A stretch of 64,000 nucleotides of DNA from Haemophilus parahaemolyticus. Lineage in GTDB: Bacteria > Pseudomonadota > Gammaproteobacteria > Enterobacterales > Pasteurellaceae. The stretch lies in contig NZ_CALIFA010000030.1 of NCBI RefSeq assembly GCF_938021905.1, positions 22,483-86,482 on the forward strand. Direction: 5' to 3'. Below the pieces are notes generated by a model. The model was not told where the DNA came from and did not search any database. It was given only the letters and a program-made list of their open reading frames with translations. Made by a program: the position numbers and the translations under genes. Shown piece by piece: positions 16,419 through 27,731 of the stretch; the stretch's first letter is position 1; every line of letters starts with the position of its first letter.

Positions 16419-17138
16419 ATGCCCTCTTTATTTATTACAGGGACAGACACCGACGTGGGCAAAACGATTGTAACCCGTGCATTATTGCAAGTTTTAACTG
16501 CAAACAATATCGTGGCTGTGCCTTATAAACCAATCGCTTGTGGGGGAGCAGAAGAATTACCCACAGAGCCAAATTTAGATGACTATGCCAGCGAAGATAA
16601 TAGCGATGTTGTCACGCTTTTAAACAGCACTGCAGTGCCTGTTGGCTATCGTGAAATCAACAGCTACACCTTTATTCATTCTAGCACCCCTGTTTTTGCC
16701 GCCCTTGATGCAGTTCGAAATATCCACGTGGAAAAATTGGATGTCGATCTCGCACGCTTACAAAATAGCTACCACAATATTTTAGTGGAAGGCACTTACG
16801 GCTGGCTTACTCCGATTAACAAAGATTTGAGTTTTGCTGACTGGGTACAAAAAAATAATATGCCTGTGATTTTAGTTGTTGGCATCAAAGAAGGCTGTGC
16901 CAACCACGCCTTATTAACCGCTCAAGCGATAAAAGATAGCGGCGTTCCGCTTTTAGGTTGGATCGCAAACCGCATCAACCCTGGATTGCGGCACTATATG
17001 GAATTGATTGAAATGCTTAAGCAAAAAATTCACGCGCCTCTTCTCGGACAAATTCCATATATCGGACACCCTGAGCAAAAAGATCTGGTGCAATACATTC
17101 AACATCCAGAACCGTTGTTGGAGTTTTTCAAAGCATAA
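16419..17138 (+). CDS. bioD: ATP-dependent dethiobiotin synthetase paralogue
   Basis: 239 aa. P-loop GTDTDVGKT and the BioD fold. It carries an acidic insertion (GGAEELPTEPNLDDYASEDNSD) and is not in a bio operon. Confidence 0.75.
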   Translation: MPSLFITGTDTDVGKTIVTRALLQVLTANNIVAVPYKPIACGGAEELPTEPNLDDYASEDNSDVVTLLNSTAVPVGYREINSYTFIHSSTPVFAALDAVRNIHVEKLDVDLARLQNSYHNILVEGTYGWLTPINKDLSFADWVQKNNMPVILVVGIKEGCANHALLTAQAIKDSGVPLLGWIANRINPGLRHYMELIEMLKQKIHAPLLGQIPYIGHPEQKDLVQYIQHPEPLLEFFKA

Positions 17139-17235
17139 AAGAAAAAGAGCGTTTTAAATGAACCACACCCCAAAGTAGGGCTAAATTTCTCACTGATTAA
17201 AGATTAGATCAAGCTAAACGCTCTTTTTACTTTCC

Positions 17236-17613
17236 TTAATGATAGGTCTTCATAAATTTGTGATACGCTTTCAAAAAGGCTTCAAAATCATCTAGCCCAC
17301 AAAAGGCAATGCTTTCTTCGTTATAGAAATTAAAGCCCTCTTCCATCAGAGATTCATCAAAATCATCTTCTAAATTATTCGCTTTCACCATCACTTCATC
17401 GTTAGTAAAATAAAGGCTGTATTCCTTACCTTCAAACACAAATTCATACTGGTTTGGATAAACCGCTCTGCAACGTTCAATTTCAGTCAAAATAGCATCT
17501 AAAGTTTTATGATCGCCTGCGATTTCATTGTTTAGCCAACGGGCAAATGCTTCGTGATCCATTGAGCAACGGACAATCACACCGTGCATCGTATGGGTAA
17601 ATTGATATTCCAT
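17236..17613 (-). CDS. yacL: YacL-family protein (UPF0231)
   Basis: 125 aa. Alignable along its length to E. coli YacL (MEYQF...[19 protein letters not shown]...[14 protein letters not shown]). Confidence 0.8.
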   Translation of the reverse strand: MEYQFTHTMHGVIVRCSMDHEAFARWLNNEIAGDHKTLDAILTEIERCRAVYPNQYEFVFEGKEYSLYFTNDEVMVKANNLEDDFDESLMEEGFNFYNEESIAFCGLDDFEAFLKAYHKFMKTYH

Positions 17614-17672
17614 CTTTCCTCCGTTTAAAATTGGCTTATTATACGCTGCTTATCTACTTCAAGCGGTTGTTT

Positions 17673-20534
17673 TTACTGAAAAATTTGCGACCACATTTTC
17701 CCTACAAAATCCCGCACTGCTTTAAATTCACTCATCGGTACGCAACTTGGTTGGCGTAATAAATTCAAGTGATGAATACGGTTTCGCATTGCCGTGTAAC
17801 AATATTTGAGCTGTTCACCTGCTGGTTCGGTTAAAATGCCACACGCCATTGCCGTGTCGAAAATGCGGACATTATCCGACCAAACCGCCATTTCTAGTGA
17901 GGTTTCTGCATTCGCTAATACCAAATATTGGGCGATAAATTCAATATCAGTAATGCCACCTTTGTCGGTTTTTAAGTTAAATTCGACCGCTTGCGGTTGG
18001 GTTAAATGCTGATACATTTTGGCTCTCATTCCTGTAATTTCTGCTTTAAGCGTCACCACATCACGTTTTTTTGCTAAAGTTGATTGACGAATTTGATCAA
18101 ATTCAGCTTTTAGACTTTCTGTACCATAAACACATCTTGCACGCACAAGTGCTTGGCTTTCCCACGTCCACGCCTCGTTTTTCTGGTAGAAATCGTAGGC
18201 ATTGAAAGTACTGACTAAAAGCCCTGCCTCGCCTGATGGTCGCAACCGCATATCCACCTCGTATAACACGCCTGCACTAGTATTGAGGTTAAAAATAGAG
18301 TTGATTTTTTGAGCTAATTTCAAGTAAAACTGATGGCTAGAGACCGATTTCCGTCCGCCAACTGTTTCGCTATTTTCAGGGGCATTGTGTAGGAAAACCA
18401 AGTCTAAATCGGAATTGTAGCCCAACTCAATACCGCCCAATTTTCCGTAGCCAATCACCGCAAAACCTTTTTCATTTTCGCTCAAATGCTCTGGCACGCC
18501 AAAACGCTGGCTGACCGCTTTCCACGCCATATTTACTACCGCTCCGATAATCGCTTCGGCAAGGTAAGTGAGATGGTCGCTAATTTTCATTACAGGCAAC
18601 ACGCCCATAATATCAGCTGAAGCGATGCGTAAAATCTGGCTCTGTTTGAATTGTCGCAACGCATCAATCAATGCCTCTTCGTCCTCTTCAGGAATACGAA
18701 TCAAATAGTCGTTCAATGCAGGCTCATAATTGTGGAAATCAATCACTTGCGTAAGCCCTTTATTGCTCATCAACTCATCGAGCAACATTGGGTAGCGGGC
18801 AATCTGCTCGGCAATCATAATCGATTGACCACAAAGCGTAATCAGCTGTGGCAAAATCTGCTCTTTCTCCGCAAGTAATTCCAAATAGGTGGTTCGGGTG
18901 GTGATTTTGTCCAAAATATTGAGTAATCTAGGAAGCAAAATCAGGTAATTCGGCTGGCTGAAAATTTGATCAAGCATCTTCGGTAACAAGGTTCTCAGCA
19001 CCTCACGCCCACGCACGCCAATCGGCTTACGGCTCCAATCTTGTAGCGTTGTGGCAAGCCAACGGAAAATTTCGGCATAATCCACCTCTTGCACGGCATA
19101 CTCTTTCAGCACACTGGCTAAATCTTCCTCGCTCATTTCTAAGTTCAAAATATCCCGCCACAGCACGATTTGCTCGTTTACAAGCGGTGGATTTTCCTCT
19201 TCATCTTTCCCAATCAGCTCATTAAACACTGCGCGTACTTTTTGCTGATATTGCCCCAATACGTGCAAGAAATCTGCCCAATTTTGGATCGAATGCTCGA
19301 TCCAGGTTTCGCCTTGCTCGGTTTCAATCAAGTATTTTTGCGTAGCTAAAATCAGGCATTGCTGCGCTTGTTCATCGGTTGGTAGGGTTTGAGTTTGCTT
19401 ATCATCAATCGCCTGCAACACATTTTCCACTTGGCGGAAGAACAGATACGCCGTGCGTAGATTTGCCACTTGTTCTAGAGTCAGTAAATTCAGCTCTGCC
19501 AAACGTGGCAACACGGTGAGAAGGCTGCGTTCTTGCAAGATTTTATCGCGACCACCTCGCATCATTTGAAAGGTTTGCACGATAAATTCCACTTCCCGAA
19601 TGCCACCTGCACCAAGTTTGATGTTATCTATCAGATTACGACGTACCACCTCACGGCTGATTTTCTCTTTCATTTCTCGTAGCGATTGGATCGCACTAAA
19701 ATCCAAGTAGCGGCGATAAACGAATGGACGCAACATCTGCTTTAAATAGCGATGGTTGAGATTACTCAAATCTTCGCCCAAGATTTTCGCTTTAATCATC
19801 GCATAACGTTCCCAATCTCGCCCCTGCTCTTGGTAATAGTCTTCCATTGAGGCAAAACTAAGCACTAATGCTCCGCTATCTCCAAACGGGCGCAACCGCA
19901 TATCGGTGCGATATGCAAAGCCCTCGGCAGTTACTTCATCTAATGTCCGAATTAAACGCTGCCCAAGTCTGGTAAAAAACTTGCTATTTTCGACCGCTTT
20001 CCGCCCACCCACGGTTTCACCTGCATCAGGGTAGACAAAAATCAGGTCAATATCTGACGAGAAATTTAGCTCCCGCCCGCCCAATTTCCCCATTCCTAAA
20101 ATCAGCAACTCTTGCGGTTCATTCAGACTATTCATTGGCACGCCATATTCCGCACAGCAACGCTGATAGAGCCAATCACGCGCCTGTAAAATAATCGTCT
20201 CCGCCAAATCAGAAAGGGCTTGAAAAACAAACTCAACGCTGGCTAATTTGTTCGATTGAATAAAGCTAAGTGTTGCCATTTCACGATGGCGAAACAATCG
20301 AAGTTCCTTGCCTAATTGTTCCTCATCTTGCACATTTTGCAGCACTTGAGCTAAACGCTCAGTATAATGTTTGCAATCTTGTGGACTAGGCGAATGTTCA
20401 AACCATTGATTTAATAATTCAGGCTGAGATAAAAGCGTGCGTTTTACAAAACTAGACATTGAAATCGCATTCATAAGCGGTAGATTTTCTGCGATTTTTT
20501 GCGAAAGTGCTGGAGGGAATAGGGATAGTGGCAT
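17673..20534 (-). CDS. glnE: Bifunctional glutamine synthetase adenylyltransferase / adenylyl-removing enzyme
   Basis: 953 aa. Two nucleotidyltransferase domains (GMGKLGGRELNFSSDIDLIF and GYGKLGGIELGYNSDLDLVF). Confidence 0.95.
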   Translation of the reverse strand: MPLSLFPPALSQKIAENLPLMNAISMSSFVKRTLLSQPELLNQWFEHSPSPQDCKHYTERLAQVLQNVQDEEQLGKELRLFRHREMATLSFIQSNKLASVEFVFQALSDLAETIILQARDWLYQRCCAEYGVPMNSLNEPQELLILGMGKLGGRELNFSSDIDLIFVYPDAGETVGGRKAVENSKFFTRLGQRLIRTLDEVTAEGFAYRTDMRLRPFGDSGALVLSFASMEDYYQEQGRDWERYAMIKAKILGEDLSNLNHRYLKQMLRPFVYRRYLDFSAIQSLREMKEKISREVVRRNLIDNIKLGAGGIREVEFIVQTFQMMRGGRDKILQERSLLTVLPRLAELNLLTLEQVANLRTAYLFFRQVENVLQAIDDKQTQTLPTDEQAQQCLILATQKYLIETEQGETWIEHSIQNWADFLHVLGQYQQKVRAVFNELIGKDEEENPPLVNEQIVLWRDILNLEMSEEDLASVLKEYAVQEVDYAEIFRWLATTLQDWSRKPIGVRGREVLRTLLPKMLDQIFSQPNYLILLPRLLNILDKITTRTTYLELLAEKEQILPQLITLCGQSIMIAEQIARYPMLLDELMSNKGLTQVIDFHNYEPALNDYLIRIPEEDEEALIDALRQFKQSQILRIASADIMGVLPVMKISDHLTYLAEAIIGAVVNMAWKAVSQRFGVPEHLSENEKGFAVIGYGKLGGIELGYNSDLDLVFLHNAPENSETVGGRKSVSSHQFYLKLAQKINSIFNLNTSAGVLYEVDMRLRPSGEAGLLVSTFNAYDFYQKNEAWTWESQALVRARCVYGTESLKAEFDQIRQSTLAKKRDVVTLKAEITGMRAKMYQHLTQPQAVEFNLKTDKGGITDIEFIAQYLVLANAETSLEMAVWSDNVRIFDTAMACGILTEPAGEQLKYCYTAMRNRIHHLNLLRQPSCVPMSEFKAVRDFVGKMWSQIFQ

Positions 20535-20737
20535 AAAAGCTCCGAGATTTAGTCAAATTCGGTACTTAATTTACTTCTTGTAAAACAAAATCGCAACGCT
20601 TACTTTCTTATCTCTATCTAGTTAATTTAGACTTGCATTGTTAGGTATTTCACATTAGAATGTGTGCTTCTTATCATAGCTGAGTTAGAGATCGGCTATT
20701 GATGTATGTTCAACCCTTAACAAAAAGGAAAATTAAG

Positions 20738-21007
20738 ATGTCTCTAAGCGTAGAAGCAAAAGCACAAATCGTTGCTGAATTTGGTCGTGATGCAAAAGAT
20801 ACTGGTTCTTCAGAAGTTCAAATTGCATTATTAACTGCTCAAATCAACCATTTACAAGCTCACTTTGCTACACACAAAAAAGATCACCACGGTCGTCGCG
20901 GTTTATTGCGTATGGTTTCACGTCGTCGTAAATTATTAGACTACTTAAAACGTACTGATCTTGCTAAATATTCAGAAATCATTGCACGTTTAGGTTTACG
21001 TCGCTAA
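20738..21007 (+). CDS. rpsO: 30S ribosomal protein S15
   Basis: 89 aa, [17 protein letters not shown]..., with SD aaggaa. The ORF-track start at 20699 is an upstream extension. Confidence 0.95.
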   Translation: MSLSVEAKAQIVAEFGRDAKDTGSSEVQIALLTAQINHLQAHFATHKKDHHGRRGLLRMVSRRRKLLDYLKRTDLAKYSEIIARLGLRR

Positions 21008-21029
21008 TTTCCGAAATTTGGAATTTGAA

Positions 21030-21057
21030 GACCGAGCAATTTTGCTCGGTTTTTTTA
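21030..21057 (+). terminator. rpsO rho-independent terminator
   Basis: gaccgagcaattttgctcggt followed by ttttttt. Confidence 0.85.
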
Positions 21058-21078
21058 TAGATTTATTTAAGGAATACT

Positions 21079-21936
21079 ATGGCTTTTAGCTCTCTCTTTA
21101 CCTTATTAGATGATATTGCTGCTGTATTGGATGATGTTTCTATTATGACTAAAATAGCAGCAAAGAAAACTACTGGCGTGATTGGCGATGATTTAGCCTT
21201 AAATGCAAATCAAGTCAGCGGGAAAAATATCTTACCTGAACAAGAATTACCGATTGTTTGGGCGGTTGCAAAAGGTTCGATTCTTAACAAGGCGATTTTA
21301 ATTCCACTTGCTCTTCTGCTATCTATCTATTTACCGCAAGCCATCACAGTATTATTGATAATTGGCGGTGTTTATCTTTGTTTCGAAGGCGTGGAAAAAT
21401 TATTGCATAAATTCTTACATCACGCAGAAAATGCTGAAGACGAAAATAGCGTTTCAAAAGAAGATAAAATCAAAGGGGCAATCCGTACTGATTTTATTCT
21501 TTCAGCTGAAATTATTATTATCGCCCTCGGAGTATTACAAGAAAGTAATACAATAACCAAAATCCTTTCACTTTCTGCGGTTGGAATCGGTATTACTGTA
21601 TTTGTTTATGGCTTTGTGGGTTTAATCGTGAAACTTGATGACATCGGTTTATGGTTGATGAAAAAGAAAGGCTCGTTATCGCAATTCATAGGACGCAGCT
21701 TACTCTTTATTATGCCGTGGTTTATGAAATCATTATCTATGATTGGCACCATTGCTATGTTTTTGGTCGGTGGCGGTATTTTCTCGCATAACGTACCTGC
21801 AATTCATCACTGGATAGAACATTTTATAGTTCCACTATCATTCTCTTCTGTCATTGATTTTGTGATTGGAATTATCGTTGGCACTATCGCTTGTGCGGTA
21901 ATTTTACCTACGATGAAGTTGTTCAGTAAGAAATAG
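21079..21936 (+). CDS. yedI: DUF808 inner-membrane protein (YedI family)
   Basis: 285 aa. N-terminus MAFSSLFTLLDDIAAVLDDVSIMTKIAAKKTTGVIGDDLALNA, similar to E. coli YedI. Confidence 0.8.
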   Translation: MAFSSLFTLLDDIAAVLDDVSIMTKIAAKKTTGVIGDDLALNANQVSGKNILPEQELPIVWAVAKGSILNKAILIPLALLLSIYLPQAITVLLIIGGVYLCFEGVEKLLHKFLHHAENAEDENSVSKEDKIKGAIRTDFILSAEIIIIALGVLQESNTITKILSLSAVGIGITVFVYGFVGLIVKLDDIGLWLMKKKGSLSQFIGRSLLFIMPWFMKSLSMIGTIAMFLVGGGIFSHNVPAIHHWIEHFIVPLSFSSVIDFVIGIIVGTIACAVILPTMKLFSKK

Positions 21937-22226
21937 AAAATTAGATAGACTTCAGAGCATGTAAAACAAATTGAAGATTCTTAAATAATTTTTGAATCAG
22001 CTTGGAGAATAAGCATTCTCAAAACCTAAGCATCTTAAATCAAAACTGTGCTATTTTTAACCTTACAATAAGGTTCTTCAGTATTGTTTAGTTTGGTATA
22101 TACATACCCAACTAATCCCATAATAGTGAAATGGTTAAGCCTCAAAAACCGTTTGTAGCTTTCACTACAAGCGGTTAAATTTCGACTAAATTTTATATTT
22201 AGTTTTTTAATATTTTCAGGCTAACA

Positions 22227-22538
22227 TCAACCCCCAGCTAATTTTACCTTAAAACCTTTCTGCTCTAAAACTTGCTTGAGTAACTCTCGGTTATCGCCTT
22301 GAATTTCGATTGTACCATTTTTGACTGAACCACCTACGCCACTACGTTTTTTTAATTCTGCAGCAAGGAGTTTTAATTCGGTATCTTCTAAACCTAAACC
22401 TGTAATAATACAAACGCCTTTGCCTTTTCGTCCGCTTGTTTGGCGTTGAATACGAACGATGCCATCACCTTTTGGGCGTTCTTCTTTGGTTTTTTCTGGC
22501 TTAATTCTGCCTGTTTCTGTTGAATAGACTAATGTCAT
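22227..22538 (-). CDS. yciH: Translation initiation factor SUI1-family protein YciH
   Basis: 103 aa. SUI1 domain, downstream of pyrF as in E. coli. Confidence 0.85.
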   Translation of the reverse strand: MTLVYSTETGRIKPEKTKEERPKGDGIVRIQRQTSGRKGKGVCIITGLGLEDTELKLLAAELKKRSGVGGSVKNGTIEIQGDNRELLKQVLEQKGFKVKLAGG

Positions 22539-22581
22539 AATTTCCTTGTAAACTAAACTTTATTGTATTTTGTAAACGATT

Positions 22582-22609
22582 GGACAGGGATAAACCCTGT
22601 CCCTACGAT
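22582..22609. repeat. REP-like stem-loop element, third copy of the family seen at 8981-9053
   Basis: ggacagggataaaccctgtccctacgat. It has a 9-bp perfect stem, and the same ...tacgat tail as the copy at 9026-9053. Confidence 0.6.
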
Positions 22610-22616
22610 GAACATC

Positions 22617-22640
22617 ATAAAAATCCCCTCAAGCGAGGGG
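22617..22640 (-). terminator. pyrF terminator
   Basis: Hairpin cccctc-aagc-gagggg, followed on the minus strand by a T-run (plus-strand ataaaaat). Confidence 0.65.
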
Positions 22641-22656
22641 ATGGATTATTTTCTAA

Positions 22657-23349
22657 TTAAGCAATACTTGCCTTAATGCTTTTAAGCACGGCAAGCGGAT
22701 CTTCTGCCTGAGTAATTGGGCGACCGATGACAAGGAAATCTGAACCCGTTTCAATCGCTTGTTTTGGTGTCATTACACGGCGTTGGTCACCAAAATCACT
22801 TCCTTCTGGGCGAATACCTGGAGTCACAAGTTTGAAATCTTTACCACAGTGTGTACGTAATACTTCTACTTCTTGTGGTGAACAAACTACGCCATCACAG
22901 CCCGCACGTTGAGCCAAGTGAGCTAAGCGGATTACTTGCTCCATTGGAGAAGCGTTAATGCCGATTTGTAACAAGTCTAAATCTTCCATACTAGTTAATA
23001 CAGTTACTGCAATCAATAATGGTGCATCTTTACCGTACGGTTCAAGAATTTTACGGGCCTGTTCCATCATCGCTAAACCGCCAGAAGCATGAAGATCAAC
23101 CATCCATACACCTAAGTCTGCTGCCGAACGCACCGCACGAGCTACAGTGTTTGGAATATCATGATATTTTAAATCTAGGAACACATCAAACTTACGTTCG
23201 TGGAGTTGTTTCACAAAATTTGTGCCGAGCGTAGTGAACATTTCTTTGCCTACTTTAAGGCGACAAAGTGAAGGATCAACCTGATCCACAAAATTCAGCG
23301 CTTCACGCTCTGTTTCATAGTCAAGTGCAACAATAACTTTATTATTCAT
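22657..23349 (-). CDS. pyrF: Orotidine 5'-phosphate decarboxylase
   Basis: 230 aa. [10 protein letters not shown] active-site region. Confidence 0.95.
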   Translation of the reverse strand: MNNKVIVALDYETEREALNFVDQVDPSLCRLKVGKEMFTTLGTNFVKQLHERKFDVFLDLKYHDIPNTVARAVRSAADLGVWMVDLHASGGLAMMEQARKILEPYGKDAPLLIAVTVLTSMEDLDLLQIGINASPMEQVIRLAHLAQRAGCDGVVCSPQEVEVLRTHCGKDFKLVTPGIRPEGSDFGDQRRVMTPKQAIETGSDFLVIGRPITQAEDPLAVLKSIKASIA

Positions 23350-23360
23350 AAAAACTCCAA

Positions 23361-24557
23361 TTAATGGGATTGTGGTTCAATACTGTGTATAGCTTTAATC
23401 GTTTCCCAGTGACGACAAGATGGGCAATACCAACTTAAACGGTAACTCTGGTAGCCACAATTTGAACAACGATACTTAAAACTTTTTCTAATCTGCTCGC
23501 CTACCATATTATATAACAAAATCAAACTCTCTTTACCGCTCCCCTCTTCTGCTTCGTTAATTTGGTAATAAATAAAACGATGGAAAGTGAGCATATTCGG
23601 GAATTGGCGTAACTGTTGATATAGCTTGGATTGTGCAGCAATTTTACCATCTTTTTCATCAATCAACTGCGTTAATGCTAAATCAACGTTTGGGTTCTGT
23701 TTTACCTGATTTGCTTTAATTAAAAAGAGCTCATAGCCAGAGAGATCATTTAATGTTAAATAACAATGTTTAATCTTATCTAGTACTTCGCCAATATAAT
23801 CTACATTTTGACTAAGCACTGCTTCATAATAATCTGCGGCTAAACGAAATTGCTTATTTTCTAGGTGAAATTCTCCTAACAACATAGAAGCTCTAGAACA
23901 ACTTGGCAAATGAAATAATGCTTTATTTAAGGCATCCAAGAAAGCTTTTTGATCATCATTTTTTACTGCCTGAGCATATTCACAATAATAATGAGCTAGA
24001 GGTTTTTTGTCTGTGTCAGGAGAAATTTGCAGTAATTTTTCCGAAACATTTATTGCTTTTTTCCACTCTTTGGTTTTTTGATAGATAGTCATTAATTGTG
24101 TAAGAGAATTTACCGCAAAATCAGGCTCATCAAGCAATAAAATATAGTAATTTTCTGCACGATCATAAAAACCAGCTGCTAAGAAATCTTTAGCAAGTTG
24201 CTGCTTTGCTAATAATTTCTGCTCAATAGAATAATCTGGACTGGAATCTATGGCTTGATGGATTCGTAAAGCACGATCGACTTCGCCACGTGAACGGAAT
24301 AAATTACCTAATGTTAATTCTGCTTCGAATTGTGATTCTTGAGAAATTTGATTTTCAGACTCTTGCTTTTGCAACATTGAAAGAAAAAGATCAACCGCTT
24401 TTTCTTGTTGATTAGATAATAAGAAGTTTAATCCCGTTACATAATCACGGGAAAATTGATTTTGAACAGTCTCTTGATCCTTTTTAGCACTTCTCCGCCC
24501 CATATACCAACCATAGAGAGCCGCAACTGGAAGTAAAAGGAACAATAATTCAAGCAT
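23361..24557 (-). CDS. lapB: Lipopolysaccharide assembly protein B (TPR plus rubredoxin-like C4 zinc finger)
   Basis: 398 aa. N-terminal TM, TPR repeats, and C-terminal CSNCGY...CPSC. Confidence 0.9.
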   Translation of the reverse strand: MLELLFLLLPVAALYGWYMGRRSAKKDQETVQNQFSRDYVTGLNFLLSNQQEKAVDLFLSMLQKQESENQISQESQFEAELTLGNLFRSRGEVDRALRIHQAIDSSPDYSIEQKLLAKQQLAKDFLAAGFYDRAENYYILLLDEPDFAVNSLTQLMTIYQKTKEWKKAINVSEKLLQISPDTDKKPLAHYYCEYAQAVKNDDQKAFLDALNKALFHLPSCSRASMLLGEFHLENKQFRLAADYYEAVLSQNVDYIGEVLDKIKHCYLTLNDLSGYELFLIKANQVKQNPNVDLALTQLIDEKDGKIAAQSKLYQQLRQFPNMLTFHRFIYYQINEAEEGSGKESLILLYNMVGEQIRKSFKYRCSNCGYQSYRLSWYCPSCRHWETIKAIHSIEPQSH

Positions 24558-24856
24558 TATTCAGCCTTAGGCGAGGTCAGTTCTGTAATTTGCTGAGATT
24601 GACGTTTCACACGGCGGTTTAATGCAATATTTTGCAATTTGATTTTAAGGTAGAAAATACCTGTGATTAACCAACCTAAAATTAATCCAAATCCAAACAA
24701 GGTGGCAACAAGAGTAGATAAGCGTAATTCGCTTTGTGCAATAACATAGTTGAATGTGATGAGCTGATCGTTATTCGCTCCAATAGTAATGCCAACTAAA
24801 ATTACCGCTACTGCAATCACAAAACCTAAAATATACTTAATCATCTCTACCCTCAT
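24557..24856 (-). CDS. lapA: Lipopolysaccharide assembly protein A
   Basis: 99 aa, 2-TM, overlapping the lapB start: the conserved lapA-lapB-pyrF-yciH cluster. Confidence 0.8.
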   Translation of the reverse strand: MRVEMIKYILGFVIAVAVILVGITIGANNDQLITFNYVIAQSELRLSTLVATLFGFGLILGWLITGIFYLKIKLQNIALNRRVKRQSQQITELTSPKAE

Positions 24857-24862
24857 TAAAAA

Positions 24863-25144
24863 TTAGACTAAATCCACACACTCTTTAAGTTTTTTTCCTG
24901 CTTTGAAATATGCCACTGTTTTGGCTTCAAGTGTAACACTCTCCCCATTTTTAGGATTACGAGCAACACGTTCTTCTCTATCACGAATGGAAAAACTACC
25001 AAATCCTCGAATTTCAATACGCTTCCCCATTGCTAATGCAGAAACAATTTTTTCTAAAATTTCATTAGCCCCCTCTTCAATTAAATTAGAAGGAAGTAAT
25101 GGATTAAGTGTTGTTAAGTTAGCCACTAATTCTGACTTAGTCAT
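24863..25144 (-). CDS. ihfB: Integration host factor beta subunit
   Basis: 93 aa. Near-identical to E. coli IhfB ([11 protein letters not shown]...). Downstream of rpsA as in enterics. Confidence 0.95.
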   Translation of the reverse strand: MTKSELVANLTTLNPLLPSNLIEEGANEILEKIVSALAMGKRIEIRGFGSFSIRDREERVARNPKNGESVTLEAKTVAYFKAGKKLKECVDLV

Positions 25145-25275
25145 ATTTTCTACCCTATGAACTAATTATATTTAAATATCCTTCCTTTACTTAAATATAA
25201 TCAGTCACAATATAACATCATAATAAGCGGATATGCTTAAACACATACCCGCCTTAATTACACTAGAAGCGTGAA

Positions 25276-26937
25276 TTATTCACCTTTAGCTTGAGCAAAC
25301 GCTGCTGCCATTGCACTTGGTACTTCAACTTCTTGTTTGTTCACTTGAGCAATTGCTGCTGATTCTTCAGCTTCAGCTTTTGCACGAACAGATAAGTTAA
25401 TTACACGCGCTTTACGATCAACGCCTGTGAATTTAGCTTCAATTACATCACCTACAGAGATTACTGAAGTAATATCTTCCACGCGGTCAAGTGTTGCTTC
25501 GTTTGCACGGATGAAACCTTCAACGCCATCTAATTCAACAGAAACACCTTTAGCATCTACTGCTGTTACTTTACCTGCAACGATTGCACCTTTTTTGGTT
25601 GAATCGATGAAGTTAGTGAATGGATCTGAGTTTAATTGTTTGATACCTAAAGAGATACGCTCTTTTACTGCATCAACTTGTAAAACGACCGCTTCTACTT
25701 CGTCACCTTTTTTGTAGTTACGAACTGCTTCTTCACCTTGAACATCCCAAGAGATGTCAGATAAGTGTACTAAACCGTCAATACCACCTTCTAAACCGAT
25801 GAAGATACCGAAGTCTGTGATTGATTTGATTTTACCTGAAACTTTATCACCTTTGTTGTGAGTTTCAGCGAAGTGTTCCCATGGGTTAGCTTTGCATTGT
25901 TTTAAACCTAATGAGATACGACGACGTTCTTCATCTACTTCAAGTACCATTACTTCAACCACATCACCGACGCTTACTACTTTAGATGGGTGGATATTTT
26001 TGTTTGTCCAATCCATTTCTGAAACGTGAACTAAACCTTCAACACCGTCTAAAATTTCAACGAAGCAACCGTAGTCTGTTAAGTTAGTTACTTTACCAGT
26101 TAATTTGCTGTTTACTGGGTGGTTTTGTGCAATTGCACCCCATGGATCTTGACCTAATTGTTTTAAGCCTAATGATACACGAGTTTTCTCTTTGTCAAAT
26201 TTAAGAACTTTAACAGTTACTTCTTGACCTACTGTAACTACTTCACTTGGGTGTTTAACACGTTTCCATGCCATATCAGTGATATGTAATAAACCATCAA
26301 CGCCACCTAAATCTACGAATGCACCGTAGTCTGTTAAGTTCTTAACGATACCTTTAACTTCTGAGCCTTCAACTAAGTTCGCTAATACTTCTTCACGATC
26401 AGCTGAGTTAGTTGTTTCGATTACTGCACGACGTGATACAACCACATTGTTACGTTTTTGGTCTAACTTGATTACTTTAAGTTCTAAAGTTTGACCTTCA
26501 AGATTTAAAGAATCACGAACTGGGCGAACATCTACTAATGAACCCGGTAAGAATGCACGAACACCGTTTAATTCAACAGTGAAACCGCCTTTCACTTTAC
26601 CATTTACGTAACCTGCAACAGTTGCTTGTTCTTCAAATGCTTTTTCTAATGCAATCCAAGCTTCGTTACGTTTTGCATCACCACGAGAAACAACTGTTTC
26701 ACCGAAACCGTCGTCTGTTGCTTTTAATACAACATCAACTTGATCGCCAACTTGAACTTCTAATTCACCTTGTGCGTTCGTGAATTCTGACGCTTCGATA
26801 CGTGATTCAGATTTGAAACCAGTATCAACGATTACATAACCTTTTTCGATAGCGACTACGGTACCATTAACAACAGAACCTAAACGAGCTTCGTTTGAAA
26901 AGAATTCTTCAAGTAGTTGAGCAAAATTTTCTGACAT
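25276..26937 (-). CDS. rpsA: 30S ribosomal protein S1
   Basis: 553 aa from [12 protein letters not shown], with six S1 domains. The ORF-track start at 26979 is an upstream extension. Confidence 0.95.
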   Translation of the reverse strand: MSENFAQLLEEFFSNEARLGSVVNGTVVAIEKGYVIVDTGFKSESRIEASEFTNAQGELEVQVGDQVDVVLKATDDGFGETVVSRGDAKRNEAWIALEKAFEEQATVAGYVNGKVKGGFTVELNGVRAFLPGSLVDVRPVRDSLNLEGQTLELKVIKLDQKRNNVVVSRRAVIETTNSADREEVLANLVEGSEVKGIVKNLTDYGAFVDLGGVDGLLHITDMAWKRVKHPSEVVTVGQEVTVKVLKFDKEKTRVSLGLKQLGQDPWGAIAQNHPVNSKLTGKVTNLTDYGCFVEILDGVEGLVHVSEMDWTNKNIHPSKVVSVGDVVEVMVLEVDEERRRISLGLKQCKANPWEHFAETHNKGDKVSGKIKSITDFGIFIGLEGGIDGLVHLSDISWDVQGEEAVRNYKKGDEVEAVVLQVDAVKERISLGIKQLNSDPFTNFIDSTKKGAIVAGKVTAVDAKGVSVELDGVEGFIRANEATLDRVEDITSVISVGDVIEAKFTGVDRKARVINLSVRAKAEAEESAAIAQVNKQEVEVPSAMAAAFAQAKGE

Positions 26938-27033
26938 AATTTTCTTCTTAAATAAAAATGAACTTCCACTTAACATCATGTTAAATGGGGTTAGTAATAA
27001 AAGTAAAACAATCCGTGTTTTACTCAGGAAAAA

Positions 27034-27711
27034 TTAAAAACCTTTGGAAGAAATATATTCCAAGGCTTGATTAATAACTTCACTAATCGACAAATGCGTT
27101 GAGTCCAACACTAACGCATCTTTCGCTGGAACGAGAGGTGCAACCGCTCGATTTCTATCACGATAATCACGCTCTCTAATTTCATCTAAAATTTTATCAA
27201 AGTTAGCATTAAATCCTTTGAATTGCAACTGTTTTACACGTCTTTTTGCACGTTCTTCTGCACTAGCATCTAAAAAGAGCTTAATTTGAGCTTCTGGAAA
27301 AACTATTGTGCCCATATCTCGTCCGTCCGCTACCAAACCTTTTGAGCTTGCAAAATCACGTTGGCGTTGTAACAATGCTTCTCGCACTTTTGGGAAAGCT
27401 GCTACTTTAGAGGCATTCTGACCCGCTTCAGCAGTACGAATTTGGTCACCCACATTTTCGCCATCTAAAATTACATTCACCTCTCCATTATTAGGCACAA
27501 ATTGCACATTCAAATTTCGCCCAATTTCCGCTACCGCATTTTCATCTTCTAAATTCACTTGTTTTTTTAGTGCATCTAATGCCGTAATACGATAAATCGC
27601 CCCAGAATCTAAAAAATCAAAGCCTAATTTTTCGGCTAAAGCGTAGCAAAGTGTTCCTTTACCCGCTCCACTCGGACCATCCACAGTAATAATTACATTT
27701 TTCATCATCAT
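27034..27711 (-). CDS. cmk: Cytidylate kinase
   Basis: 225 aa. P-loop GPSGAGKGT. cmk-rpsA-ihfB order. Confidence 0.95.
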   Translation of the reverse strand: MMMKNVIITVDGPSGAGKGTLCYALAEKLGFDFLDSGAIYRITALDALKKQVNLEDENAVAEIGRNLNVQFVPNNGEVNVILDGENVGDQIRTAEAGQNASKVAAFPKVREALLQRQRDFASSKGLVADGRDMGTIVFPEAQIKLFLDASAEERAKRRVKQLQFKGFNANFDKILDEIRERDYRDRNRAVAPLVPAKDALVLDSTHLSISEVINQALEYISSKGF

Positions 27712-27731
27712 TGCCTTTTTAACTTTTTAAA

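Noticed and set aside
17143-17229. Long-range inverted repeat aaaaagagcgttt ... aaacgctcttttt (87 nt apart) between bioD and yacL
   Set aside because: The loop is too large for a stable terminator. It may be coincidental A/T-rich complementarity, and no function can be argued from sequence alone.
20699-21007. Upstream-extended rpsO start ([13 protein letters not shown]...)
   Set aside because: Conserved S15 begins at MSLSVEAK with a good SD at 20726-20731. The extension is an ORF-finder artefact. Similar extensions were trimmed for rpsA, cpxR, cpxA (TTG), macB (GTG), pepN, folE (TTG), rarA, argO (TTG) and the SGNH hydrolase.
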